Assembly (NCBI GenBank): GCA_016180525.1
Contig: JACPBB010000001.1
Coordinates: 11,320-75,319 of the forward strand
Source: Parcubacteria group bacterium
GTDB taxonomy: Bacteria; Patescibacteriota; Minisyncoccia; Phycocordibacterales; UBA2135
DNA length: 64,000 bases
Direction of reading: 5' to 3'
Positions 54,732 to 63,607 of the stretch are shown piece by piece. The notes under the pieces are model-generated. The model saw nothing but the letters and a program-made list of their open reading frames with translations, was not told the origin of the DNA and made no database searches. Each line of letters begins with the position of its first letter. Position 1 is the first letter of the stretch. The position numbers and the translations under genes were made by a program.

Positions 54732-55103
54732 TTAATCGGATATGGATAAATTTTTCATCCGTATTACTCTTAATTTATTTGATGGAAGCATACCATAGAC
54801 GGCATTTCTGATTGCTTCTTTATATCCCCGTCTCTTCACCAGATGCCCCAGAGATTCCTTTTTAAGCCCTCCCGGATAGCCGGTGTATCGCACATACTCT
54901 TTTGTACGTAACTTTTTTTGATCTAAAAAAAGTTTTGCCGCATTTACTACCTCTACCTTAACGGCAGCGGGAGTGTTGCGCTTAAAAGTTGCTTTATTTT
55001 TTCCCATAAGAAAAGTTGCTATCTCGGAAGCCACACGTCCAAGTTTTTTCCCTTCCGCATCGACAGTATATAGTACTGTATTTTCTTTTGTTATAGGTGT
55101 CAT
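54732..55103 (-). CDS. rplM: 50S ribosomal protein L13
   Basis: YTVDAEGKKLGRVASEIATFLMGKNKATF matches the L13 N-terminal consensus. Confidence 0.85.
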   Translation of the reverse strand: MTPITKENTVLYTVDAEGKKLGRVASEIATFLMGKNKATFKRNTPAAVKVEVVNAAKLFLDQKKLRTKEYVRYTGYPGGLKKESLGHLVKRRGYKEAIRNAVYGMLPSNKLRVIRMKNLSISD

Positions 55104-55106
55104 ATT

Positions 55107-55457
55107 TTATACAAATTCAATGATTGCCATTTTGCTGGCATCTCCTAAGCGACGAGGCAGTTTGGTAATTCTTGTGTACCCTCCAGCTCGTTCTTTATAG
55201 CGAGGCGCAATATCAGCGATAAGCTTCTTGGCGCCCACCCTGTTACCAAGACGTGCCACCAAAAGTCTGTGTGTAGAAAGTGAACTATTTTTTCCTCTTG
55301 TCACCAATTTTTCAACAAAGGGCCGTAATTCCTTCGCCTTTGCTTCAGTTGTTTTAATTTTTCCTCTAGTGACAAGAGAAAGTGCTAAACCACGAAGAAG
55401 CGCCCTCCTTTGGTCTCTTTCTCTTCCAAATTTTCTGTTTTTGTTATGATGCCTCAT
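55107..55457 (-). CDS. rplQ: 50S ribosomal protein L17
   Basis: MRHHNKNRKFGRERDQRRALLRGLALSLV is the L17 consensus. Confidence 0.9.
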   Translation of the reverse strand: MRHHNKNRKFGRERDQRRALLRGLALSLVTRGKIKTTEAKAKELRPFVEKLVTRGKNSSLSTHRLLVARLGNRVGAKKLIADIAPRYKERAGGYTRITKLPRRLGDASKMAIIEFV

Positions 55458-55538
55458 GTTACTAGGCTTTAGGCTTTAGGCTTTAGGCTTTAGGAATCGT
55501 TGTTTTTTCCTAGTGCCTAGCGCCTTAACGCCTAGTGC
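55458..55538. repeat. intergenic 7-nt-periodic palindromic element between rpoA and rplQ
   Basis: ctaggctttagg x4 - aatcgttgttttttc - ctagtgcctagcgccttaacgcctagtgcc. Confidence 0.6.
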
Positions 55539-56504
55539 CTATTTTAAAGTTATTCCAAAATTTCCAAGCGTCCGTTTAATTTCTTGAACACCTTTCTCGC
55601 CAAGACCTGATACATTCGATAAATCATCCGCGCTTTTTCGTATTAAACCACCTACTGTTCGTATATTTGCCCCTGAGAGTGCATTCGCTGTTCTCGTAGA
55701 AAACCCCAAAGTGTCAATCCGTGTTTTAAGAAAGTCCTTATCAATATTTTCATTCTCTCCTACACCCGCTTCTCCGTCTTCCGATACTGCTTGTTTTATT
55801 TTCTCTTCCGTATCCTGAAAGCCGACAATCGCTTTCAATTGCTTTATCATAATATCAATTGAGTTTTCAAGCGCTTCGCGCGGGGAAAGAGTGCCATCAG
55901 TTTCTATAAAAATACGCAACTTGTTGTAATCAGTTCTGTCGCCAACACGCATATTTTCAACTTCATAATTGACTCGACGAATCGGTGTAAATACCGCATC
56001 AAGTACAATAGTGCCAATTTCAACTTTTTCTTTTTGTAAAACTTCCTTAGGAACATACCCGAGTCCACGTTCAAGCCGAATGCTCGCGTTAAGCGAAGTC
56101 TTTTTATTAGTAATTTCACCAATATATTGTTCGGGGTTTAAAACTTCAACCTGTCCAGGCACTTTTATATCAGCACCTGTAATTTTTTTCATCCCCGAAA
56201 CAGAAAGAGAGACTTCTTGTGATTCATCGGTAACCATTTTAAATCTAACTTTTTTTAAATTTAAAATAAGAGTAATAATATCTTCCTTTATTCCATCTAG
56301 GGTTGAAAACTCATGCTGAACTCCATCAATTTTAATAGACGTAATCGCAGTCCCCGGCAAAGAAGAAAGAATAATGCGCCGTAATGAATTTCCAAGCGTA
56401 TGTCCGTACCCGGGATACAAACTATCAATCTCATACATACCCCTGAATCCATCTTCAGAAATTACTTTTGGTTTTGACGGAAGAATTATAGTATAGTCAG
56501 GCAC
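55539..56504 (-). CDS. rpoA: DNA-directed RNA polymerase alpha subunit
   Basis: YGHTLGNSLRRIILSSLPGTAITSIKIDGVQHEFS N-terminal-domain signature. C-terminal helix-hairpin-helix region. Confidence 0.9.
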   Translation of the reverse strand: MPDYTIILPSKPKVISEDGFRGMYEIDSLYPGYGHTLGNSLRRIILSSLPGTAITSIKIDGVQHEFSTLDGIKEDIITLILNLKKVRFKMVTDESQEVSLSVSGMKKITGADIKVPGQVEVLNPEQYIGEITNKKTSLNASIRLERGLGYVPKEVLQKEKVEIGTIVLDAVFTPIRRVNYEVENMRVGDRTDYNKLRIFIETDGTLSPREALENSIDIMIKQLKAIVGFQDTEEKIKQAVSEDGEAGVGENENIDKDFLKTRIDTLGFSTRTANALSGANIRTVGGLIRKSADDLSNVSGLGEKGVQEIKRTLGNFGITLK

Positions 56505-56636
56505 AATTTTTTGATTCGTTTAATTAAATTTTAAAATTCAAGATAAAAATTTAAAATAATTAAACGAGATATTTATTAATAATAATTTTATTAAACTTTT
56601 AAAAAATAATACAAAATACTTAATACGTTATAATGT

Positions 56637-57242
56637 TTATCTGCTATAAAATCCTATAACTGCGGGTATGCTAAACACATCTCCAGAAATCATTTCTAAT
56701 TTTGGAATCCCGATAACATTTCCTTCCATTTTTTTAGGATCAAGCGAGAGCCATGCGGGAGTAATATGAGTATTGAGAGATTCCGAAATATTCATAAACA
56801 GCTTACTTTCTCTGCTTCCGGGTCGTATTTCTATACGATCCTTACCTCCGACGGTAAAAGATGGAATATTCACCCTTCTACCGTTCACCATAATATGTCC
56901 ATGGGACACCATCTGACGAGCAAGAGGACGTGTTTTTGCAAAACCAAGTCTAAATACTACATTGTCGAGTCTTAATTCAAGATTTTTATATAAATGTTCA
57001 GCTGGATTTACCCCTTTTTTAAGTGTTGCTTTTTTCACATATGTCGCAAACTGCCGTTCGTTTAAATTATACGTCAAACGCATTTTTTGTTTTTCAAGAA
57101 GTTGAATTCCGAATTCGGTAATCGGCGATGGATGTTTCCGTGCGACTGTCTTTTTCGTCAAAATAAATTTTGGGTTTTGTGTTTTAGAAAAAATTCGTGC
57201 CCCTAGACGACGTGCTGTTTTGTATTGTTTTAGTTTTGCCAT
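56637..57242 (-). CDS. rpsD: 30S ribosomal protein S4
   Basis: Start reset to the internal Met (MAKLKQYKTARRLGARIF), the canonical S4 N-terminus. The upstream part of the ORF track overlaps a repeat element. Confidence 0.85.
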   Translation of the reverse strand: MAKLKQYKTARRLGARIFSKTQNPKFILTKKTVARKHPSPITEFGIQLLEKQKMRLTYNLNERQFATYVKKATLKKGVNPAEHLYKNLELRLDNVVFRLGFAKTRPLARQMVSHGHIMVNGRRVNIPSFTVGGKDRIEIRPGSRESKLFMNISESLNTHITPAWLSLDPKKMEGNVIGIPKLEMISGDVFSIPAVIGFYSR

Positions 57243-57260
57243 AAAAATAATGAATGAAAT

Positions 57261-57383
57261 GAATATATTTTTTGAGCACCCCCTTCTTTTCGCGCAAGCG
57301 CGCAAAAGGAGGGGGTAAAGGTTTGGCATCCACAGTTTTTGTTCCGACATGTCGGAACAAAAACTGTGGGCCAATTCACTTTA
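57261..57383. ncRNA. duplicated structured intergenic element, copy A (two hairpins) between rpsK and rpsD
   Basis: gaatatattttttgagcaccccc. Hairpin 1: cccccttcttttcgcgcaagcgcgcaaaaggaggggg. Hairpin 2: ccacagtttttgttccgacatgtcggaacaaaaactgtgg with a 19-bp stem. Ends at ccaattcacttta, abutting the rpsK stop. Confidence 0.45.
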
Positions 57384-57815
57384 CACTCTTCTTGGTTTCT
57401 TTGGCTTAGGACCATTATGTGGAATAGGCGTTTCATCCCGAATCACTTTTAGTTCCACCCCGCGGGAAGCAAAAGAGCGTAGAGATGATTCACGTCCTGG
57501 GCCAACTCCAGATAATACTACAACAACCTCTTTTATTCCTATAGTTTTCGCTTTTTCCCCGATAAGTTCCCCTACTTTCGCGGCGGCAAACGGGGTTCCT
57601 TTTTTTGTTCCTTTAAATCCTAAGGAACCGCTTGACGACCAACAAAGCGTGTTACCTTTTTTATCGGAAAGTAAAAGGTGCGTATTGTTGTATGTTGACT
57701 GGATATGAAGTATTCCATCGGAAACTTTTTTCTTGGGAGATTTACCCAAAGACCTGGTGCGTAATTCCGCATCAAATCCGCCACCGCTTTTTTGTACTGT
57801 TCGTTTTTTTCCCAT
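57381..57815 (-). CDS. rpsK: 30S ribosomal protein S11
   Basis: GILHIQSTYNNTHLLLSDKKGNTLCWSSSGSLGFKG...KVGELIGEKA is the S11 consensus. Confidence 0.9.
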   Translation of the reverse strand: MGKKRTVQKSGGGFDAELRTRSLGKSPKKKVSDGILHIQSTYNNTHLLLSDKKGNTLCWSSSGSLGFKGTKKGTPFAAAKVGELIGEKAKTIGIKEVVVVLSGVGPGRESSLRSFASRGVELKVIRDETPIPHNGPKPKKPRRV

Positions 57816-57902
57816 GATACTAGGCTTTAGGCTTTAGGCTTTAGGCTTTAGGAATATTATTATTTCTTCCTAGTGCCTAGTGCCTAATGTCTAGTCCCTG
57901 AA
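57816..57902. repeat. intergenic 7-nt-periodic palindromic element between rpsM and rpsK
   Basis: ctaggctttagg x4 - aatattattatttcttc - ctagtgcctagtgcctaatgtctagtccc. Confidence 0.6.
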
Positions 57903-58283
57903 TTATGTCTTTTCCAACTTCCGCTTACCGGATCCCATTGTTTTTCTCACATTGCCACGAACCGTTCTTGAATTCGACTTTGTCTGCTGGCCACGAACCG
58001 GCAAATTTTTAGCATGACGAATTCCGCGATATGCCTTTATGTCTTTAAGACGTTTAATATTCCCCGCAACTTCTCTTTTCAACTCCCCTTCAATTACATA
58101 TTCTTCTACTAATTTTCGAATCTTGTTTTCATCCTCTGCTTTTAGGTCAGTTGATTTTAGAGTTTTATCAACGTGCGCTTTCTCTAAAATAGTTAGAGCT
58201 CGTGACCGACCAATGCCATAAACAGCCATGAGTGCAAACTCAAGGCGTTTCTGTTCTGGAATTGTAATACCTGCGATACGCAT
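57903..58283 (-). CDS. rpsM: 30S ribosomal protein S13
   Basis: MRIAGITIPEQKRLEFALMAVYGIGRSRA is the S13 consensus. Confidence 0.9.
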   Translation of the reverse strand: MRIAGITIPEQKRLEFALMAVYGIGRSRALTILEKAHVDKTLKSTDLKAEDENKIRKLVEEYVIEGELKREVAGNIKRLKDIKAYRGIRHAKNLPVRGQQTKSNSRTVRGNVRKTMGSGKRKLEKT

Positions 58284-58374
58284 GATACTAGGCTTTAGGC
58301 TTTAGGCTTTAGGCTTTAGGAATATCATTGCTTTCTCCCTAGCGCCTAGTGCCTAATGTCTAGTGCCTGAATTA
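58284..58374. repeat. intergenic 7-nt-periodic palindromic element between rpmJ and rpsM
   Basis: ctaggctttagg x4 - aatatcattgctttctcc - ctagcgcctagtgcctaatgtctagtgcc. Near-identical to the 57816 copy. Confidence 0.6.
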
Positions 58375-58488
58375 TTATCCTTGTTTTTGTTTATGTTTAG
58401 GATTTCTACAAATAATATACAAGCGACCTCTGCGCCTAACCATTTGACAATTGGGACAAATTTTTTTTACAGAAGCACGTACTTTCAT
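58375..58488 (-). CDS. rpmJ: 50S ribosomal protein L36 (not in the ORF track, <60 aa)
   Basis: The reverse strand translates to [37 protein letters not shown], a clear L36 with its C-x2-C...C...H Zn ribbon. Sits between rpsM and infA as expected. Confidence 0.85.
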   Translation of the reverse strand: MKVRASVKKICPNCQMVRRRGRLYIICRNPKHKQKQG

Positions 58489-58588
58489 AAAATAATACTT
58501 AGTATGCGAATTGTACTAATGATGCAAGTAATGCTAATACGGGATATTCGTATCCATTCGTATCATTCGTACATATTTGTATTGTTCT

Positions 58589-58801
58589 TTATATCCTCTT
58601 CACTATTCTACCCCTCCCACCATATGGATCTGTTTCAATCTCAACCCTGTCGCCAACTAAAACTTTTATACGGAACTTGCGCATTTTGCCCGACAAATAT
58701 GCGAGCATAGTTTCTTTGTTCCCAAGCTCTATACGAAATAAGGTGCTGGGCAGCGCTTCTGTCACAACACCAATTACTTTCTCTTGTTTTTTTTCTCTCA
58801 T
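58589..58801 (-). CDS. infA: translation initiation factor IF-1
   Basis: KVIGVVTEALPSTLFRIELGNKETMLAYLSGKMRKFRIKVLVGDRVEIETDPYGGRGRIVKR is a near-canonical IF-1 S1 fold. Confidence 0.9.
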   Translation of the reverse strand: MREKKQEKVIGVVTEALPSTLFRIELGNKETMLAYLSGKMRKFRIKVLVGDRVEIETDPYGGRGRIVKRI

Positions 58802-59012
58802 TCGTTTATATAACGATAGTCACCATCCTAACAAAAAGATAAAAACGTGTCAACCCTGTTAGAAGCTTTTGTCATATTTTCACACATTGCTATATATAGC
58901 TATAAGCCAATTCGTTTTGTCAGACCCCACAAAACCTACATTTCAGATGAACTTTTTAACAAAGGCAACTTCATCGCTCAAAAGCGACAGATCCAAGCCT
59001 TTGTTTTCGGCA

Positions 59013-60365
59013 TTATTCCTCAATGATAGTCTCTATATCTATGTCTTTTGGATCATCAGGGAACGACCCTCTCCAAAACGGACGAAGTACGACCTCTGCT
59101 TTTTGAATGCTGGGGTATTGAGTAAGTACCTGTTTAAATTCCTCTTTAGATTTTTTTGCAGTATCTATTTGTAGTTTATTTGGGTCAAATTCCCAAACAA
59201 CATGAGGATTCCCTTGAACAACAAAAGAAAGAACGGTGTCTTCGGTCGGAGAAAATAATTCTTTGTTTGATACTGCAAATGTGAGACTATCCAAATTTTT
59301 TATCATAATTTTTTCTTGCGTGCCCAGGCCTGGGACAAGTATTTTCCCTAAAAATTGAGAGAGACCATTTTCATTAAAAATAAGTCCGTGAAGCGTCCCT
59401 GAAACAATTACATCAACTTCATTTTTATCAACGTTCGTTTGTATAGCGCGAACCTGTCCTTCGTCAAGAGTAAAGAAAACGGCATCATTGTATAAAATAA
59501 ATTCATCCGGTTTTTGTGAATGGGCTTTTTGAAGTAATTTTGAACGCAGAGAAGCTCCAAGTTCATTTTTTGCTTTTTCCAACTGTTCATTTGAGACAGT
59601 TTTAACAATCCCCGAAAATCCTCCGGTCATAGGAGTTTGCGAGCGGGCATAAAACCCAGGAAACCGAGCAGTGCCCTTAAATCCTGGAATGGTAAAATCA
59701 GTTAACGGAATGTTGTATTTCTCTCCTGGAGCATCAGCATATACCGTAACTTCAACAGAGCCTGGAATTTTTTCTCCACTCACGGTCTTCTGTCCTGGAA
59801 TAACTACCGGCTCGCGAATCCGATAGATGAGGCCTTCGGGAGTTTCAAATCGAGTTCGCACCACTAATTGTTGATTCTTTGAATCAAAATTATTGTAGAT
59901 TATTATTTTCCCCGAGGCTTCTTTGTCAACACGCTCCACTTGCGTTGCTGGCAACGTTTTTTTCTCTTCTCCCGAAAGAGTCATTATCTCAAAAGCCAAG
60001 CTGCCCGATACAGCCACACCCCGCTCTGCGGTAAGAGATTCATTTAACGAGAGAACCTGCTGTTTGGGCGTAATTTTTATGGTTGCTTTCTCAAAAAGAG
60101 AAAAAATCGCAAATAAAACAACCACAATGGATAACGCGGCAATGCCCCATACTATAAGCCGTGAATTGCCTTTCCAATTAAAACCGCTTTTTTGAGAAGA
60201 GGCTCTCGCGTATTCTCCAAAGGGCCGCCGTTCTTTTTTCTCAGCCTTAAAACCGACATCTTTCATATTTATAGATGAAGGCTTCTTGAGAGGTTCTTTT
60301 GGAGGGACAATAATATCCTGTAATATTTGTTTTGCCATGCTAAAAAATAATGACCGAGCACTCAA
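59013..60365 (-). CDS. hypothetical bitopic membrane protein (450 aa)
   Basis: Single TM helix (LIVWGIAALSIVVVLFAIFSLF) followed by a ~380-aa extracytoplasmic domain. Upstream repeat element at 60452..60579. Confidence 0.45.
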   Translation of the reverse strand: MSARSLFFSMAKQILQDIIVPPKEPLKKPSSINMKDVGFKAEKKERRPFGEYARASSQKSGFNWKGNSRLIVWGIAALSIVVVLFAIFSLFEKATIKITPKQQVLSLNESLTAERGVAVSGSLAFEIMTLSGEEKKTLPATQVERVDKEASGKIIIYNNFDSKNQQLVVRTRFETPEGLIYRIREPVVIPGQKTVSGEKIPGSVEVTVYADAPGEKYNIPLTDFTIPGFKGTARFPGFYARSQTPMTGGFSGIVKTVSNEQLEKAKNELGASLRSKLLQKAHSQKPDEFILYNDAVFFTLDEGQVRAIQTNVDKNEVDVIVSGTLHGLIFNENGLSQFLGKILVPGLGTQEKIMIKNLDSLTFAVSNKELFSPTEDTVLSFVVQGNPHVVWEFDPNKLQIDTAKKSKEEFKQVLTQYPSIQKAEVVLRPFWRGSFPDDPKDIDIETIIEE

Positions 60366-60451
60366 ATAAATCTGAGCAATCTGATGTCTATATTGATTAT
60401 TTTATAAAAATTTTTCATAAATATTCTGATGTTATATATTTTGAGTGTTCG

Positions 60452-60579
60452 GGAATATATTTTTTGAGCACCCCCTTCTTTTCGCGCAAGCGCTCAAAAG
60501 GAGGGGGTAAAGGTTTGGCAGCCGCAGTTTTTGAGTTTTTCTCTTCAAAAACTTAAAAACTGCGGGCCAATTCACTTTA
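60452..60579. ncRNA. duplicated structured intergenic element, copy B, upstream of 59013..60365
   Basis: Same flanks and hairpin 1. Hairpin 2 stem is ccgcag...ctgcgg (compensatory relative to copy A) with a different loop. Confidence 0.45.
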
Positions 60580-61854
60580 TTATACCACACCTGCTTTCTT
60601 GTTCAAAAACAAAGATTCCACAATTAAAAATGGATCCTTATAAACACCTAAACCTATGTCACAGTAAGGAGCAAGAGTTTTTTCATCAAATAACGTTACC
60701 TGAAAAGACTTTTCCGCTCCCGTAACGTTTAAAAGTTTGTTTCTAGTAATAATACTCAAAAACCACCCGCGAAGCGGCTCATCAACTGTTAAAAAAATAT
60801 CACGAGGGAATAAAACATTCGAAGAAATATTTTTTAGCTCTTTTGCAAACAAACGAAGCCATTCTGTTTCTGCGTTTGCCAATATTTTTTTTAACCTGTG
60901 CATTTCAAAATCTCCAAGATGCTTTTTCTCGTACATACTAAGCAGTGACTCAGCTTCCCGTATTGAAAGATTAAGTTCAGAGACAACCTGACGAACAACA
61001 GTATTTTTCCCGAAAGGAAACGACACCGTATCATAGAGCACGCCATTTTTGACAATAGACAAATCTGAAATCTCCCCGCTTATATCAAGAAGTAAATAAT
61101 TTTGCTTTTCGTGCCAGATATCACGAACTGCGTTGAAAAAAGCAAATGTGAATGTTGCAAATTGAATTTCAACTCCAGAAAATATTTCTCGCCCGAGGGA
61201 TTCAATTTTTTCTATTGTCGTGGTAAGCATGGAGCTAGCAAATATCGTCATTTCAAGCTCATCGGTCACTTTCCCGATTGGATGGTACGTCGGGTATTTG
61301 TTTAAACGAATATCCAGAACATCTCCTTCAATAATTTCATATTTTTGTTCTACGCGATTCCGAACGTGCGAGGCGTGCATTTTTCGAAATTCATTTAGTT
61401 CTCGCAAAATTAGTTTCCGCATTAAATCTCTCTCAACTAAAAAGGAGTGGTCTTCTTTTTTCTTGATAGTTCTAATCTGCGAGATATGCCATGGACTTGA
61501 GAGTGTAAAGAGGATAAGTACCGGCTTTAATGTATTAAAAAAGGTAAAACGTACATGTGGCAACCCCTCTCGTACAATAAGAAAAGCAACTTCTTGTAAC
61601 GCTTTCGTCATTTTTAAGGTAAGGCCTTCGGGAGTAAGTTTTTTAGATACCTTAATTTCTCTTCGAGATGAATAAAATATTTTAGGGCTGTTGTTTTTAG
61701 AAATACCTACAAGTGCGGCACCAACGGAGGCATTTCCAATGTCAAAAACCACGGCAAGTTTTTCCGTTTTTTTTTTAAACCAAAAAGCTGTCATTACAGT
61801 TATTATATCATGAGATACCATGCTGACGCGCAACCCATTTCCCCACTTTTTCAC
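60580..61854 (-). CDS. actin-like ATPase fold protein (FtsA/PilM family candidate)
   Basis: KLAVVFDIGNASVGAALVGI phosphate-1-like motif near the N-terminus. ~420 aa. Adjacent to a bitopic membrane protein. Confidence 0.35.
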   Translation of the reverse strand: MKKWGNGLRVSMVSHDIITVMTAFWFKKKTEKLAVVFDIGNASVGAALVGISKNNSPKIFYSSRREIKVSKKLTPEGLTLKMTKALQEVAFLIVREGLPHVRFTFFNTLKPVLILFTLSSPWHISQIRTIKKKEDHSFLVERDLMRKLILRELNEFRKMHASHVRNRVEQKYEIIEGDVLDIRLNKYPTYHPIGKVTDELEMTIFASSMLTTTIEKIESLGREIFSGVEIQFATFTFAFFNAVRDIWHEKQNYLLLDISGEISDLSIVKNGVLYDTVSFPFGKNTVVRQVVSELNLSIREAESLLSMYEKKHLGDFEMHRLKKILANAETEWLRLFAKELKNISSNVLFPRDIFLTVDEPLRGWFLSIITRNKLLNVTGAEKSFQVTLFDEKTLAPYCDIGLGVYKDPFLIVESLFLNKKAGVV

Positions 61855-61900
61855 TACATTTTTTACATAAAAAGCGGAGCATTGCTCCGCTTTTAACTTA

Positions 61901-62386
61901 TTAATCTTTCCAACTAATATTCATGCGCATATGACGATGTTCCGTGCGATTATGTGAACATAACGGATGAGCTGGAAAAAATTCGCAGCCATCATGCACG
62001 GAATCTTGCCATGCCCACTCTACTGTATAGCCTTTTGCCACAAGGGGTTGAGCTATCAGCTCATTTACCATTTGAGCAAGCCGCTCCCTCAATTTCACAT
62101 TTTTGTAATTAATATCATGTAGAGCCAAGTCAGTTCCCTCGCAAGAATATTGCCCTTCAAGAGCGCCATCCTGTATCCATCTTAAGGTTTCTTTTAGCGC
62201 GCTCTTACATTGTGTTTCAAAATCTTTCAAAAGATGTGATTCATACCTCTTTTGTGCCTCTTCTTTTAAAGTCGGTTTTTCTTGGTTAATTTTTTGAGCT
62301 ACCTTTTGAAAAAACGACGCAGGTGGAACGCTAACCGGACGCCTGCCAAACAAAATAGCAGAGAGGCCCATCTGACACTTCCTCAC
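61901..62386 (-). CDS. hypothetical protein (161 aa); weak resemblance of the C-terminus to M15-type peptidase Zn site
   Basis: ORF only. C-terminal EWAWQDSVHDGCEF...HxH pattern. Confidence 0.3.
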   Translation of the reverse strand: MRKCQMGLSAILFGRRPVSVPPASFFQKVAQKINQEKPTLKEEAQKRYESHLLKDFETQCKSALKETLRWIQDGALEGQYSCEGTDLALHDINYKNVKLRERLAQMVNELIAQPLVAKGYTVEWAWQDSVHDGCEFFPAHPLCSHNRTEHRHMRMNISWKD

Positions 62387-62463
62387 AAATAAGAAATCTG
62401 TACCTAAAATTAGACTATGTTAGAATAAAAGTCAAGAAAAATAGTTGACAAATTAAATAATAT

Positions 62464-63531
62464 ATGCTAATTTCGTTAAGGCTAAAACAACAGGAGTTAC
62501 GAGCAATGGACAACAGGGTTTTGGTACGTTTTTGGGGAGTGCGCGGCAGCGTCCCCTCACCCTTAACCGCACACGACGTTGCGAGAAAGAAGCTTAAAAT
62601 TCTTGAGGATTATGTTGCTGCAATGAGGTCAGGACGTTACAGCCCAATGCCGACACCGCAAAGCTTTCTTGCGGAGCAGGAACGAGAGACCCCTTCAACA
62701 TACGGCGGTAACACATCTTGCGTTGAGGTGCGATATGAAAACGATATCGTAATTCTTGATATGGGTACGGGGCTTCGGCCACTTGGTAACACGCTTTTCC
62801 CGGAAATGTTCGCACGCAAGGGTTTGGAAGCATACTTTGTTCTTTCCCATGTTCACTGGGACCATATTCAGGGTTTGCCGTTTTTCGGGCCACTATACGT
62901 AAATAAAGCAATTGGTATTTCTAACCGCTGGACATTCCTCGGAGGAGTGGGGTGGCAAAGTACTGCTGAAATATGTCTTAAAGGACAGATGGATCCGCCC
63001 ACATTTCCCGTTGCGTGGAAAGAAATTGAAAAAATGACTGACAATATTACTTATGACGACATGTGGGATGGAAAAAGTGTAAAACTCGGTCAGGCAACAG
63101 CCAGATTTGGAAAACTCAACCATCCGCAGGAAACATACGGCTCCCGCCTACTCTTTCCAAATGGAAAAATTGTTGTATACGCAACCGATCATGAGCCGCA
63201 TGATCCGGCCTGTCCTTATCCACGTTTGGTGTCTCTCGCTCGTGACGCGGATGTGGTTATCACTGATTGCCAATATACAAAAGGACAATATGAGGGCGCT
63301 AAAGAAGAGGGTGGAGTGCCGCGCCACGGATGGGGTCACTCATATCCCGAAGCGATTGCGGCAATGGCGTGTGAGGCAAATGTGAAAACGATTGTTTTGT
63401 TTCACCACGATCCAGCATCGTCAGATGAAAAAATTAAACAGATGGAACAGTATACTCAAAAACTCATTTCTAGCAAAGGGGGAAAAAGCAAGGTTGTTGC
63501 GGCATGGGAAGGTCTTGAGCTTAATCTATAA
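62464..63531 (+). CDS. MBL-fold metallo-hydrolase (true start possibly the Met at ~62506)
   Basis: HxHxDH motif LSHVHWDHIQGLPFFGP. Downstream His/Asp residues (ATDHEPHD, FHHD). Confidence 0.6.
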   Translation: MLISLRLKQQELRAMDNRVLVRFWGVRGSVPSPLTAHDVARKKLKILEDYVAAMRSGRYSPMPTPQSFLAEQERETPSTYGGNTSCVEVRYENDIVILDMGTGLRPLGNTLFPEMFARKGLEAYFVLSHVHWDHIQGLPFFGPLYVNKAIGISNRWTFLGGVGWQSTAEICLKGQMDPPTFPVAWKEIEKMTDNITYDDMWDGKSVKLGQATARFGKLNHPQETYGSRLLFPNGKIVVYATDHEPHDPACPYPRLVSLARDADVVITDCQYTKGQYEGAKEEGGVPRHGWGHSYPEAIAAMACEANVKTIVLFHHDPASSDEKIKQMEQYTQKLISSKGGKSKVVAAWEGLELNL

Positions 63532-63607
63532 ATATTGCGCAATAAAAGTTAAAGAGTCCGGGGAACGGGCTCTTTTTTAAAAAATATATGATACTGTAAA
63601 AATATTT

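Noticed and set aside
56637-57374. Full 245-aa ORF for rpsD starting at MAHSFCSDMSEQ.
   Set aside because: The extra 44 N-terminal codons run through the duplicated structured repeat (57261..57383). The canonical S4 N-terminus MAKLKQYKTARRLG begins at the internal Met, so the start was moved to 57242.
22404-58374. Possibility that the ggcgttaggcgttaggc / ctaggctttaggc tandem units are CRISPR repeats or telomere-like (TTAGGC) repeats.
   Set aside because: Units are 7 nt, not 24-47 nt, with no unique spacers and no cas genes, so they are not CRISPR. The period is 7, not 6, and they are internal to operons of a bacterial-type genome, so they are not nematode-type telomeric repeats.
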